NCBI RefSeq assembly: GCF_045689905.1
Contig: NZ_CP144210.1
Coordinates: 357,240 to 389,239, forward strand
Source: Pengzhenrongella phosphoraccumulans
GTDB lineage: Bacteria > Actinomycetota > Actinomycetes > Actinomycetales > Cellulomonadaceae
Direction of reading: 5' to 3'
DNA length: 32,000 nucleotides
Below are positions 8,449 through 16,087 of this stretch, piece after piece. The stretch's first letter is position 1; the number at the start of each line of letters is the position of its first letter. The position numbers and the translations under genes are program-made. The notes under the pieces were generated by a model that was not told the DNA's origin, made no database searches, and saw only the letters and a program-made list of their open reading frames with translations.

Positions 8449-9407
8449 GCGCCCTGTCGATCGTCGCGGCGGCCCTGCAGGTCGTCGTCGTCCTCGTCGG
8501 CGCGCCCTTCGTGGTCGGCGGGATGCGCCAGGTGCGCGCGCGCCTCGAAGGCCGCGCCGGGGGCGGCGTCGGGCAGCCCTGGCGCGACCTGCGCAAGCAG
8601 CTCCGCAAGCAGCAGATCACCCCGCGCGGCACGACGATCGTGTTCGCGATCGCACCGGCGGTCGCGGCCGGCACGACACTGCTCATCGCGGCGATCCTGC
8701 CGATCTTCGCGCTCGGCTCGCCGCTGGACTCGGTCGCGGACCTGTTCGGCGTCGTCGGCCTGCTCTTCCTCGGGACGGTCGCCCTCACGCTCGCCGGCCT
8801 CGACACGGGCACCGCGTTCGGCGGGATGGGGTCGAGCCGCGAGATCACGATCGCCGCGCTCGTCGAGCCGACGATCCTGCTCGCCGTGTTCGCCCTGTCG
8901 ATCCCGGGCCAGTCGGCCAACCTGTCGGCCATCGTCTCGGCCACCCTGGACGATCCCGGTCAGGTGCTCTCGCTCGGCAGCGTGCTCGCCTTCGTCGCGC
9001 TGGTCATCGTCATCATCGCCGAGACCGGCCGGCTGCCCGTCGACAACCCGTCGACGCACCTCGAGCTGACGATGATCCACGAGGCGATGGTCCTGGAGTA
9101 CTCGGGCCCGAAGCTCGCGCTCATCGAATGGGCGAGCGGCATGCGCCTGACCGTGCTGCTCGCCCTGCTCGCGAACCTGTTCCTGCCCTGGGGCATCGCG
9201 GGCGCCGACCCCTCGCTGCTGGCGGTGCTGCTCGGCGCCGTCGCGATCGCCGTCAAGGTCGCGGTGCTGGCCGGACTGCTCGCGGCGGGCGAGGTCTTCA
9301 TCGCCAAGCTGCGGTACTTCCGGGTGCCCGAGCTGCTCGCGGGTTCGTTCCTGCTCGCGCTGCTCGCGGTGACCGCGTCCTACTTCCTCGCCACCCCGAC
9401 CCAATGA
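8445..9407 (+). CDS. HycD/HyfC/NuoH-like membrane subunit
   Basis: GTG 8445 overlaps the upstream stop (GTGA). A 320-aa polytopic protein with [26 protein letters not shown], a NuoH/HycD-like loop. Confidence 0.85.
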   Translation: MSALSIVAAALQVVVVLVGAPFVVGGMRQVRARLEGRAGGGVGQPWRDLRKQLRKQQITPRGTTIVFAIAPAVAAGTTLLIAAILPIFALGSPLDSVADLFGVVGLLFLGTVALTLAGLDTGTAFGGMGSSREITIAALVEPTILLAVFALSIPGQSANLSAIVSATLDDPGQVLSLGSVLAFVALVIVIIAETGRLPVDNPSTHLELTMIHEAMVLEYSGPKLALIEWASGMRLTVLLALLANLFLPWGIAGADPSLLAVLLGAVAIAVKVAVLAGLLAAGEVFIAKLRYFRVPELLAGSFLLALLAVTASYFLATPTQ

Positions 9408-9423
9408 CCGGACGGATTCGCTG

Positions 9424-10086
9424 ATGTCCCTCGCGACCTATACCGGCGTGCTCGACCTCACCGCGGGAGCTTTCCTGCTCACCGCGGTGCTCATCGTGTG
9501 GCGCCGCGAGCTCCGCTCCATCGTGCACCTGCTGGCCTGGCAGGGCGCGGCCCTCGCCGCGATCCCGCTCACCGAGGGGCTCTACCAGCGCGACCCCGGC
9601 CCGGTGATCGTCGGGCTCGTCGTGCTCGCGCTGCGCGCCGGGGTGCTGCCGGTCCTGCTCCTGCGTGCGGTGGGCACCGCCGACAACGAACGTCGCGAGA
9701 GCACGCCGCTGGTCAACACGACGTCCTCCCTGCTGATCACGGCCGCGCTCACCGTCCTGGCGTACGCGGTCACCCGGCCGATCATCGCGCTCGACCCGAC
9801 ACCGGCCACCCGCGCGGTCCCGGCCGCGTTCGCCGTGATCCTCATCGCGCTCTTCGTGATGGTCAGCCGGCGGCGCGCGCTCTCGCAGGCGGTCGGGTTC
9901 CTCATGCTCGACAACGGCATCACGGCCACGGCCTTCCTCATCACCGGCGGCGTCCCGCTGATCGTCGAGCTCGGCGCGTCCCTCGACGTGCTGTTCGCGG
10001 TCTTCGTGCTGGGACTGCTCACCGGCCACATGCGTCGCGCCTTCGGTGGCACCGACCTCGACCAGCTACGGGAGTTGCGCGACTGA
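9424..10086 (+). CDS. HyfE/HycP-like small membrane subunit
   Basis: 220-aa multi-TM ORF in the position and size of HyfE / Rv0085-type proteins. Confidence 0.7.
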   Translation: MSLATYTGVLDLTAGAFLLTAVLIVWRRELRSIVHLLAWQGAALAAIPLTEGLYQRDPGPVIVGLVVLALRAGVLPVLLLRAVGTADNERRESTPLVNTTSSLLITAALTVLAYAVTRPIIALDPTPATRAVPAAFAVILIALFVMVSRRRALSQAVGFLMLDNGITATAFLITGGVPLIVELGASLDVLFAVFVLGLLTGHMRRAFGGTDLDQLRELRD

Positions 10087-11555
10087 TGGGCCTTGTCCTG
10101 CTCGTACCGATCCTTGCCCCGCTCGTCGCCGCCGGCCTCGCCGCAGCGCTCGGGTGGCGCCGACTGACCGCCTACGTGACCCTCGCCGCCGCCCTGAGCG
10201 TGCTGGTCACGGGCATCCTGCTCGCCACCCGGGTCGAGTCCGGGGCGCGCTTCGCCGTCGACCACCTGCTGCGGGCCGACTCGCTCAGCGTCACCATGCT
10301 GCTGGTCATGGGGACGGTGGGCACGCTCGCGACCTGGGCCAGCGTCGGCTACATCGACGCCGAGCTGCGCGACGGGCACACCGACCGCCGCGGCGCGCAC
10401 CTGTACGGCGTGCTGCTTCCGCTCTTCCTCGCCGCGATGGCCCTGGCCGTGCTGGCGAACAACATCGGCGTCATGTGGGTGGCCATCGAGGCCACCACCG
10501 TGGCGACGGCGTTCCTCGTCGGCCACCGCCGCACCCGGTCCGCGCTCGAGGCGACCTGGAAGTACGTCGTGATCTGCTCGGTCGGGATCGCGCTGGCGTT
10601 CCTCGGCACCGTGCTGCTCTACTTCGCGAGCCTGCACGCCGGCGCCTCGAGCGCGCACGCGCTGGACATCGACACACTACTCAACAACGCGGCCCAGCTC
10701 GACCCGGACGTCACCCGCCTCGCGGCAGGGCTCCTGCTGCTCGGGTACGGCGCCAAGGCGGGGCTCGTGCCCTTCCACACCTGGCTCGCCGACGCCCACA
10801 GCCAGGCTCCCGCGCCGGTCTCCGCGCTGATGAGCGGGGTGCTGCTCTCGGTCGCGTTCGCGTGCCTGCTACGCGTGAAGTCGGTCGTCGACCTCACGCT
10901 CGGCACCGGGTTCCTGCGGACCGGGCTGCTCATCGTCGGGCTGCTGACGCTGCTGATCGCCGCGTCGTTGCTCGTGGTCCAGACGGACTTCAAGCGCATG
11001 CTCGCCTACTCCTCGATGGAGAACATGGGCCTCGTCGCGATCGCCGCGGCTGCGGGCACCGAGCTCGCGATCGCCGCGCTGCTGCTGCACGTGCTGGCGC
11101 ACGGTATCGGCAAGTCGCTCGTGTTCCTCGCCTCCGGTCAGCTGCAGGCCGCCCACGAGTCGACCGCGATCAGCGCGGTCACCGCCGTCCTCTCGCGCTC
11201 ACGTCTCGTCGGCGTGTCGTTCGCCGTCGGACTCGCGGTCCTGATCGGGCTGCCCCCGTTCGCGATGTTCGCGAGCGAGCTGTCCATCTCGCGCGCCCTC
11301 GCGGGGGCCAACCTCGCCTGGGTGCTCGGCGCGACGCTGCTCCTCATGACCGTCGCGTTCACCGCCCTGGTCCGCAACGGCAGCCGCATGCTGCTCGGCA
11401 CGCCGCAGCCGAACGCCCCGGTGATCGCCCTGCCGGGCACGATCGCCGCAGCGCTCGTCACGGGGATGATCCTCAGCCTGGCCCTCGGGCTGAGCGCGGG
11501 CCCCCTCACCCAGCTCTTCCAGTCCGCTGCCACCCAGCTCGGAGCAAGCTCATGA
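10086..11555 (+). CDS. HyfF/HycQ/NuoN-like antiporter-type membrane subunit
   Basis: ATG 10086 overlaps the upstream stop by 1 nt (TGATG). A 489-aa polytopic protein with WLADAHSQAPAPVSALMSG and LAYSSMENMG motifs. Confidence 0.85.
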   Translation: MGLVLLVPILAPLVAAGLAAALGWRRLTAYVTLAAALSVLVTGILLATRVESGARFAVDHLLRADSLSVTMLLVMGTVGTLATWASVGYIDAELRDGHTDRRGAHLYGVLLPLFLAAMALAVLANNIGVMWVAIEATTVATAFLVGHRRTRSALEATWKYVVICSVGIALAFLGTVLLYFASLHAGASSAHALDIDTLLNNAAQLDPDVTRLAAGLLLLGYGAKAGLVPFHTWLADAHSQAPAPVSALMSGVLLSVAFACLLRVKSVVDLTLGTGFLRTGLLIVGLLTLLIAASLLVVQTDFKRMLAYSSMENMGLVAIAAAAGTELAIAALLLHVLAHGIGKSLVFLASGQLQAAHESTAISAVTAVLSRSRLVGVSFAVGLAVLIGLPPFAMFASELSISRALAGANLAWVLGATLLLMTVAFTALVRNGSRMLLGTPQPNAPVIALPGTIAAALVTGMILSLALGLSAGPLTQLFQSAATQLGASS

Positions 11556-13093
11556 CCGTCCCCTTCGCCCCGACCGGCGTTCCCGTCGGCGTCCACCGCA
11601 CCAGCCGGACGCTGCTGCCGGAGGAGATCGCCGACCAGTCCGCCTGGCTGCTCGCGGCCGGATTCCGCCTCGGCCTCGTCGCCGCGCACGACGACGGCGC
11701 GACGCTGCGGGTCGTCTACCTGTTCCTCGCCGGCAGCCCCGACCGCCGCGTCGAGCTGCAGGTCCGGCTGCCCGCCGACGACCCGCGGATCGGCTCGCTC
11801 GCCCCGCTGTCGTTCGCGGCCTCCCGGTTCGAGCGCGAGATGCACGACCTCTACGGCATCGTGCCGGTGAACCACCCGCTCCCCCGCCGCATGGTGCGCC
11901 ACGCGCACTGGCCGGCGGGCTGGTACCCGATGCGCCACGACGCCGGCGACCCGCCGCCGTTCCACGAGACCGGCGCCGACGCCTACCCGTTCATCGCGGT
12001 CGAGGGTGACGGCGTCTACGAGATCCCCGTCGGCCCGGTGCACGCCGGTGTCATCGAGCCGGGCCACTTCCGCTTCTCCGTCGTCGGGGAGTCCGTGCTC
12101 AAGCTCAAGGCCCGACTGTGGTTCACCCACCGCGGCGTCGAGAAGCTCTTCGAGGGGCTCGAGGCCACCGAGGCGATCCACCTGGCCGAGCGCATCAGCG
12201 GGGACACGTCCGCCGCGCACGCGCTCGCCCACACGCTCGCCGTCGAGGATGCGCTCGGCATCACGATGACCGAGCCGGCGCAGCGGCTGCGCGCGCTCTT
12301 GGTCGAGCTCGAGCGCCTCTACAACCACGCCGCCGACCTGGGGGCGCTGGCCAACGACGTCGGCTTCTCGCTCGCCAACGCGCACGCCCAACGGATCCGG
12401 GAGCAGCTCCTGCGGATCAACCTCGCGGTCACGGGCCACCGGCTGCTGCGCGGCGCGATCCGCCCCGGCGCGGTCGAGCTCCTCAGTTTGCCGGACCCCG
12501 CCGAGCTCGACCGGATCGCCGCGGACCTCGCGGAGGTCGTCGAGCTCTCGCTCGAGAACTCGGTGATCCGCGAGCGGTTCACCGGCACGGCCAGGCTCAC
12601 CCGCACGCAGGCGCACGACCTCGGCTGCCTCGGCTACGTCGCCCGCGCGAGCGGGGTGGCCACCGATGCGCGGATCGATCACCCGACGGTCCCGCTCGCG
12701 GTGACCCCCGCGACCGGGGCCGACGGCGACGTGCTCGCGCGCTACCTGATCCGACGCGACGAGTTCGCCACGTCGATCCGGATCGTCAAGGCGCTCATCC
12801 GGTCGGCCGGACCGCTCCGTTTCCTGGCTGCGCCGGACGGGACCGGAACGACCGACCCGACCGAGGAGACCGCTGCGGTCCGCAGCGGCGTCGGCATCGT
12901 CGAGGGCTGGCGCGGGACGATCGTGCACCGCGTCGAGGTGGCCCCCGACGGGCGCCTGACGCGCGCGAAGATCGTCGACCCGTCGTGGTTCAACTGGCCG
13001 GCCCTGCCGCTGGCGATGGCCGACACGATCGTGCCGGACTTCCCCGTCACCAACAAGAGCTTCAACCTGTCCTACGCCGGCAACGACCTGTAG
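11552..13093 (+). CDS. HycE-like fused NuoC-NuoD 'large subunit' lacking all Ni-Fe cysteine ligands (Ehr-type)
   Basis: ATG 11552 overlaps the upstream stop (ATGA). The NuoC-like N-terminal domain (FEREMHDLYGI) is followed by a NuoD/HycE-like domain (GPVHAGVIEPGHFRF, RLWFTHRGVEKL). The RxCGxCxxxH position reads RISGDTSAAH (12191-12220). The C-terminal DPCxxCxxR position reads NLSYAGNDL (13064-13090). Confidence 0.9.
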   Translation: MTVPFAPTGVPVGVHRTSRTLLPEEIADQSAWLLAAGFRLGLVAAHDDGATLRVVYLFLAGSPDRRVELQVRLPADDPRIGSLAPLSFAASRFEREMHDLYGIVPVNHPLPRRMVRHAHWPAGWYPMRHDAGDPPPFHETGADAYPFIAVEGDGVYEIPVGPVHAGVIEPGHFRFSVVGESVLKLKARLWFTHRGVEKLFEGLEATEAIHLAERISGDTSAAHALAHTLAVEDALGITMTEPAQRLRALLVELERLYNHAADLGALANDVGFSLANAHAQRIREQLLRINLAVTGHRLLRGAIRPGAVELLSLPDPAELDRIAADLAEVVELSLENSVIRERFTGTARLTRTQAHDLGCLGYVARASGVATDARIDHPTVPLAVTPATGADGDVLARYLIRRDEFATSIRIVKALIRSAGPLRFLAAPDGTGTTDPTEETAAVRSGVGIVEGWRGTIVHRVEVAPDGRLTRAKIVDPSWFNWPALPLAMADTIVPDFPVTNKSFNLSYAGNDL

Positions 13094-13100
13094 CGGGCGT

Positions 13101-13117
13101 CGCCCCGGGCTGGGGCG
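13101..13117. terminator. GC hairpin between convergent genes (possible bidirectional terminator)
   Basis: CGCCCC-GGGCT-GGGGCG (6-bp stem, 5-nt loop) in the 30-nt gap between stop 13093 (+) and stop 13124 (-). There is no T-tract. Confidence 0.3.
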
Positions 13118-13123
13118 GGAGGG

Positions 13124-13459
13124 TCAGCCGTGCCGGCGCCGGCCGCTCGCGACGCCACCACCGGCGCCGCCCGAGAAGATCATGCTCACGCCGAGCATGA
13201 AGCCGAAGTTGTACCAGTTGCCGTTGTTGTGGATCTCGTAGATGCCCACGTCCGGGTTGAACAGCGACACGATGAACGTGATCGGGCTGATCAGGCCCTG
13301 CCACAGGCCGAGCCAGAAGCCCGCGACGTCGGGGTCGCCGACCCCGGCCGCCTCGTTCGGCCCCGCCGCGCACGCGGCGAGCCCGAGCACGCCGACCACC
13401 ACCATCACTGCGACGAGCAGCACCGTCCGCACCCGCCGGGTCCGCCTCAGTTGCGCCAT
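13124..13459 (-). CDS. small putative lipoprotein / membrane protein
   Basis: 111-aa ORF with a basic N-terminus, hydrophobic core and lipobox-like LGLAAC, followed by two hydrophobic segments. No family recognised. Confidence 0.5.
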   Translation of the reverse strand: MAQLRRTRRVRTVLLVAVMVVVGVLGLAACAAGPNEAAGVGDPDVAGFWLGLWQGLISPITFIVSLFNPDVGIYEIHNNGNWYNFGFMLGVSMIFSGGAGGGVASGRRRHG

Positions 13460-13470
13460 CCCCGCAGTCT

Positions 13471-13561
13471 GTCAGCCGAGCACGTAGTCAGCAGGACGCA
13501 GCGTCAGCAGGATGCAGCGTCAGCAGGACGCGTCAGCAGGACGCAGCGTCAGCCGAGCACG
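13471..13561. repeat. minisatellite: four ~16-bp units (gtcagcaggaYgcagc) bracketed by a 14-bp direct repeat (gtcagccgagcacg)
   Basis: Flanking copies are at 13471-13484 and 13548-13561. The second contains the stop codon and last codons of the 13549..14355 gene. Internal units are 13487-13502, 13503-13518, 13519-13531 (truncated) and 13532-13547. Confidence 0.9.
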
Positions 13562-14355
13562 ACCGCGGGCGACGGCACGGCGAGCGAGTTGATCGCCGCG
13601 AGCTGCCGGCCCGACCGGTAACGCAGCGCGGCCAGCCGCTGCGGGCTCAACCGCTCGCACACCCAGTCCCAGTGCAGCGAGCACCAGTCGCCCGGGAGCA
13701 ACGGACCGGCCAGCCCGAGCCCGTCCACCGCCGTGACCACCTGCTCGACGACGACCGGCCCCTCCCGCAGCGCGCGGCCGTCCCACTGCAGGGGGCGGCT
13801 GCGCACGAGGGCGCGGTCGTCGACGACCTCGATCACGCGGCCCCACCGGATCCGGCACCGGTCGAGCACCCGGAGCGGCTCGTCGACCCGGCCGCCACGC
13901 AGCAGCCCGAGCCAGGGGTAGACACCGAACACGTGGAAGCTGTGATGGGGCTGCGCGCCCGGCACGGCCGCGGCGAGCAGCGACCACGACCGCCCGGCGC
14001 GCGCGCGGAACCGGTCCTCGATCGACCCGCCCATCATCGACAACGGCACCCGGTCGAGCAGCACGTTGCCCACCCAGTACGCCTCGACCACGCGCGCGTC
14101 GAGGGGATCGGCGATGCCGTTCGCCGCGGCGATCAGCTCGAGGTACGGCCACGCGCCCGTGAACCCGCGCGCGAGGTGACGCAGATCGCCGTCGTCCACC
14201 CCACTGCTGGCCTGCTCGAGCAGCTGACCGGCGGCGTCCGGGCCGCAGAAGCCCAGCTCGTTGGGCGGGTAGGCGTACCGGGCGAACAGCAGAGGCCCGC
14301 TCGTCCGCGCGCCGGCGGCCGCCCGGCCCATGCCGCCGACGCCGTCAGCCACCAT
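13549..14355 (-). CDS. conserved hypothetical protein, last gene of the hydrogenase operon (possibly DUF6390-like)
   Basis: 268-aa ORF with high GC3. The motif FARYAYPPNELGFCGP resembles a family I recall next to actinobacterial hydrogenase maturation genes, but the family name is uncertain. Confidence 0.55.
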   Translation of the reverse strand: MVADGVGGMGRAAAGARTSGPLLFARYAYPPNELGFCGPDAAGQLLEQASSGVDDGDLRHLARGFTGAWPYLELIAAANGIADPLDARVVEAYWVGNVLLDRVPLSMMGGSIEDRFRARAGRSWSLLAAAVPGAQPHHSFHVFGVYPWLGLLRGGRVDEPLRVLDRCRIRWGRVIEVVDDRALVRSRPLQWDGRALREGPVVVEQVVTAVDGLGLAGPLLPGDWCSLHWDWVCERLSPQRLAALRYRSGRQLAAINSLAVPSPAVVLG

Positions 14356-14386
14356 CGTCCCTCTCCCCCCGCCCGACCCGGTCCCG

Positions 14387-15304
14387 CTAGACGCCGACCT
14401 CGCGCGGCAGCGTCTCCGGGGCGCTCCACACGCGCCAGGACACGAGCATCCCGCCGGAGAGCAGCATCGCGAGCCAGACGAGCTGGGGCGCGACCCCGAC
14501 GCCCTGCACCGTCGCCTGCAGAGCCGCCGTCACGAGAGCGCCGAGCACGAGCACCGCTGTCACGTCGAGCGCCTGCGCACGGGCCAGCGCGGCGAACCAC
14601 GTCGCGACGTACGCCGCGAGGATCACCCCGGTCAGGAGCACCCAGCCCCACTGGGTGGCATCCATCGACAGCAGCATCGAGGCCTGCCCGCGCACCACGA
14701 CCCACGCGACGAGCAGGATCGACCCGATCCCCATCCGGGCCAGCCCGACGGTCCACGACGACACCCCGGCAAGCAGCCGCTTGGCGACGATCACCTCGAC
14801 GGACCAGAACAGGGTCGCGGCGAGGATCATGAGCTCGCCCGAGCCGAGGTCGGTCGAGACGCCGCCGACGAGCCCGATCTGGCCGATCACCAGCAGCCCT
14901 ATCGCGACCCAGTGGAAGGCGGACATCCGCTCCCCGAGCAGCGCGACCGCGAGCACCGCGACCCAGACCACCAGGGTCTTGTGGATGAATGCGGACTGCA
15001 CCGACGACGCCCGCGCGAGCCCCTCGAAGAAAAGCAGGAACGGCACGGAACCACCGATCACCCCGACGGTCACCAGGCCGAGCCACTGCCGGGTGCCCTC
15101 CGGCCGGGTGACCCGCGCGCCGGCGCCGCGCCCGAGGGTCACGACGGCGAGCAGGACGGCGGCCGCCACGAGGTTCTTGGCGGTGGTGTAGACGGAGGCG
15201 TTGCCGAACGCCTTGACGCCGTAGCCGTTGAGGAAGACCGCGAACCCGCTGATGCAGGCCGTGGCGAGCGCGAGAAGTAGCCCTGTCCGTCGGGTGCTGG
15301 TCAT
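14387..15304 (-). CDS. EamA/DMT-superfamily permease
   Basis: 305-aa protein with about 10 TM helices in a two-EamA-repeat architecture. Its ATG overlaps the hypC stop (ATGA). Confidence 0.8.
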   Translation of the reverse strand: MTSTRRTGLLLALATACISGFAVFLNGYGVKAFGNASVYTTAKNLVAAAVLLAVVTLGRGAGARVTRPEGTRQWLGLVTVGVIGGSVPFLLFFEGLARASSVQSAFIHKTLVVWVAVLAVALLGERMSAFHWVAIGLLVIGQIGLVGGVSTDLGSGELMILAATLFWSVEVIVAKRLLAGVSSWTVGLARMGIGSILLVAWVVVRGQASMLLSMDATQWGWVLLTGVILAAYVATWFAALARAQALDVTAVLVLGALVTAALQATVQGVGVAPQLVWLAMLLSGGMLVSWRVWSAPETLPREVGV

Positions 15305-15600
15305 GCCGATCCCTCCCAGGGGGTGCGGTGTGCAGCGGTGGCTGCCGAGCGCCCAGCGCGCACGGGCGCTGGCAGAACGGGGGGTTGGGACGCGCCGGCG
15401 CGCAGCGCGAGGGCCTCGGCGGCCTCCTGCGCGCCGAGCCGCTCGAGCGCGAAGCCGGAGTGGACCACGACCCAGTCGCCCACGGCGACGGCGTCATCCA
15501 GGGTCACCAGCGACACGGCGACCGTGCGGTCCGCGGTCGCGACGATCCCGGTGGCCCCGGGGCGGACCTCGACGAGTCGGCCGATCTCACCGAGACACAT
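15301..15600 (-). CDS. hypC: HypC/HybG/HupF-family [NiFe]-hydrogenase assembly chaperone
   Basis: Begins MCLGEIGRLVEV, with the invariant N-terminal Met-Cys. The core reads VSLVTLDDAVAVGDWVVVHSGFA. It has a roughly 35-aa Ala/Pro-rich C-terminal tail. The ORF-track start at 15720 is rejected. Confidence 0.85.
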   Translation of the reverse strand: MCLGEIGRLVEVRPGATGIVATADRTVAVSLVTLDDAVAVGDWVVVHSGFALERLGAQEAAEALALRAGASQPPVLPAPVRAGRSAATAAHRTPWEGSA

Positions 15601-16087
15601 CGGCGACCACCCCCTGCGCGGCAACGTGGCACGCACCCAGGACCGCGGCGACCGCACCGTCCAGCGCCGACCGAACCCCGGGCGACAGCGCCGCACCGTG
15701 CTCGACCGTGGCGGCCTCAACCCCGACGAGCACGAGGCGGCGCGGGAGCGAGTGCAGCGCGCGACCCAGCTCGACGGCGGCGGCGAGCCCGAAGGCGTGC
15801 GTGCCGCCCCGGCCGGTACTGGCCCAGGCGTCCGCGGTGAGCGGCGCGGCTTCGGTCCCGGCCTCGAGCACGAGCAGCGTCCCGGGCGGAGCGCCCGATG
15901 TCACGGCGTCGACCACGACGGCGAGCTCCGACCCGCGCCACAGGTCGATCAGGCCGGTCGGGTCCTCGTGCTCGACGACGACGACGTCCGGCGGCGCGAG
16001 CTCGGCGACCCGGCGCGCGACCCAGAGCCCGACGGCGTCGTCGCCGCCGTCGGGGCTGCCGAGCCCGATCACGAGGGTGGCCGTCAC
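15587..16087 (-). CDS. hydrogenase maturation endopeptidase (HycI/HybD/FrhD family)
   Basis: GTG 16087 overlaps the large-subunit stop (GTGA). Motifs LVIGLGSPDGGDDAVG, VVDAV and GTHAFGL are typical of the family. Confidence 0.8.
   Translation of the reverse strand: MTATLVIGLGSPDGGDDAVGLWVARRVAELAPPDVVVVEHEDPTGLIDLWRGSELAVVVDAVTSGAPPGTLLVLEAGTEAAPLTADAWASTGRGGTHAFGLAAAVELGRALHSLPRRLVLVGVEAATVEHGAALSPGVRSALDGAVAAVLGACHVAAQGVVADVSR

Noticed and set aside
13471-13561. Possible CRISPR array.
   Set aside because: The units are only 13-16 bp and directly abut each other with no spacers. No cas genes are nearby. It is better described as a minisatellite.
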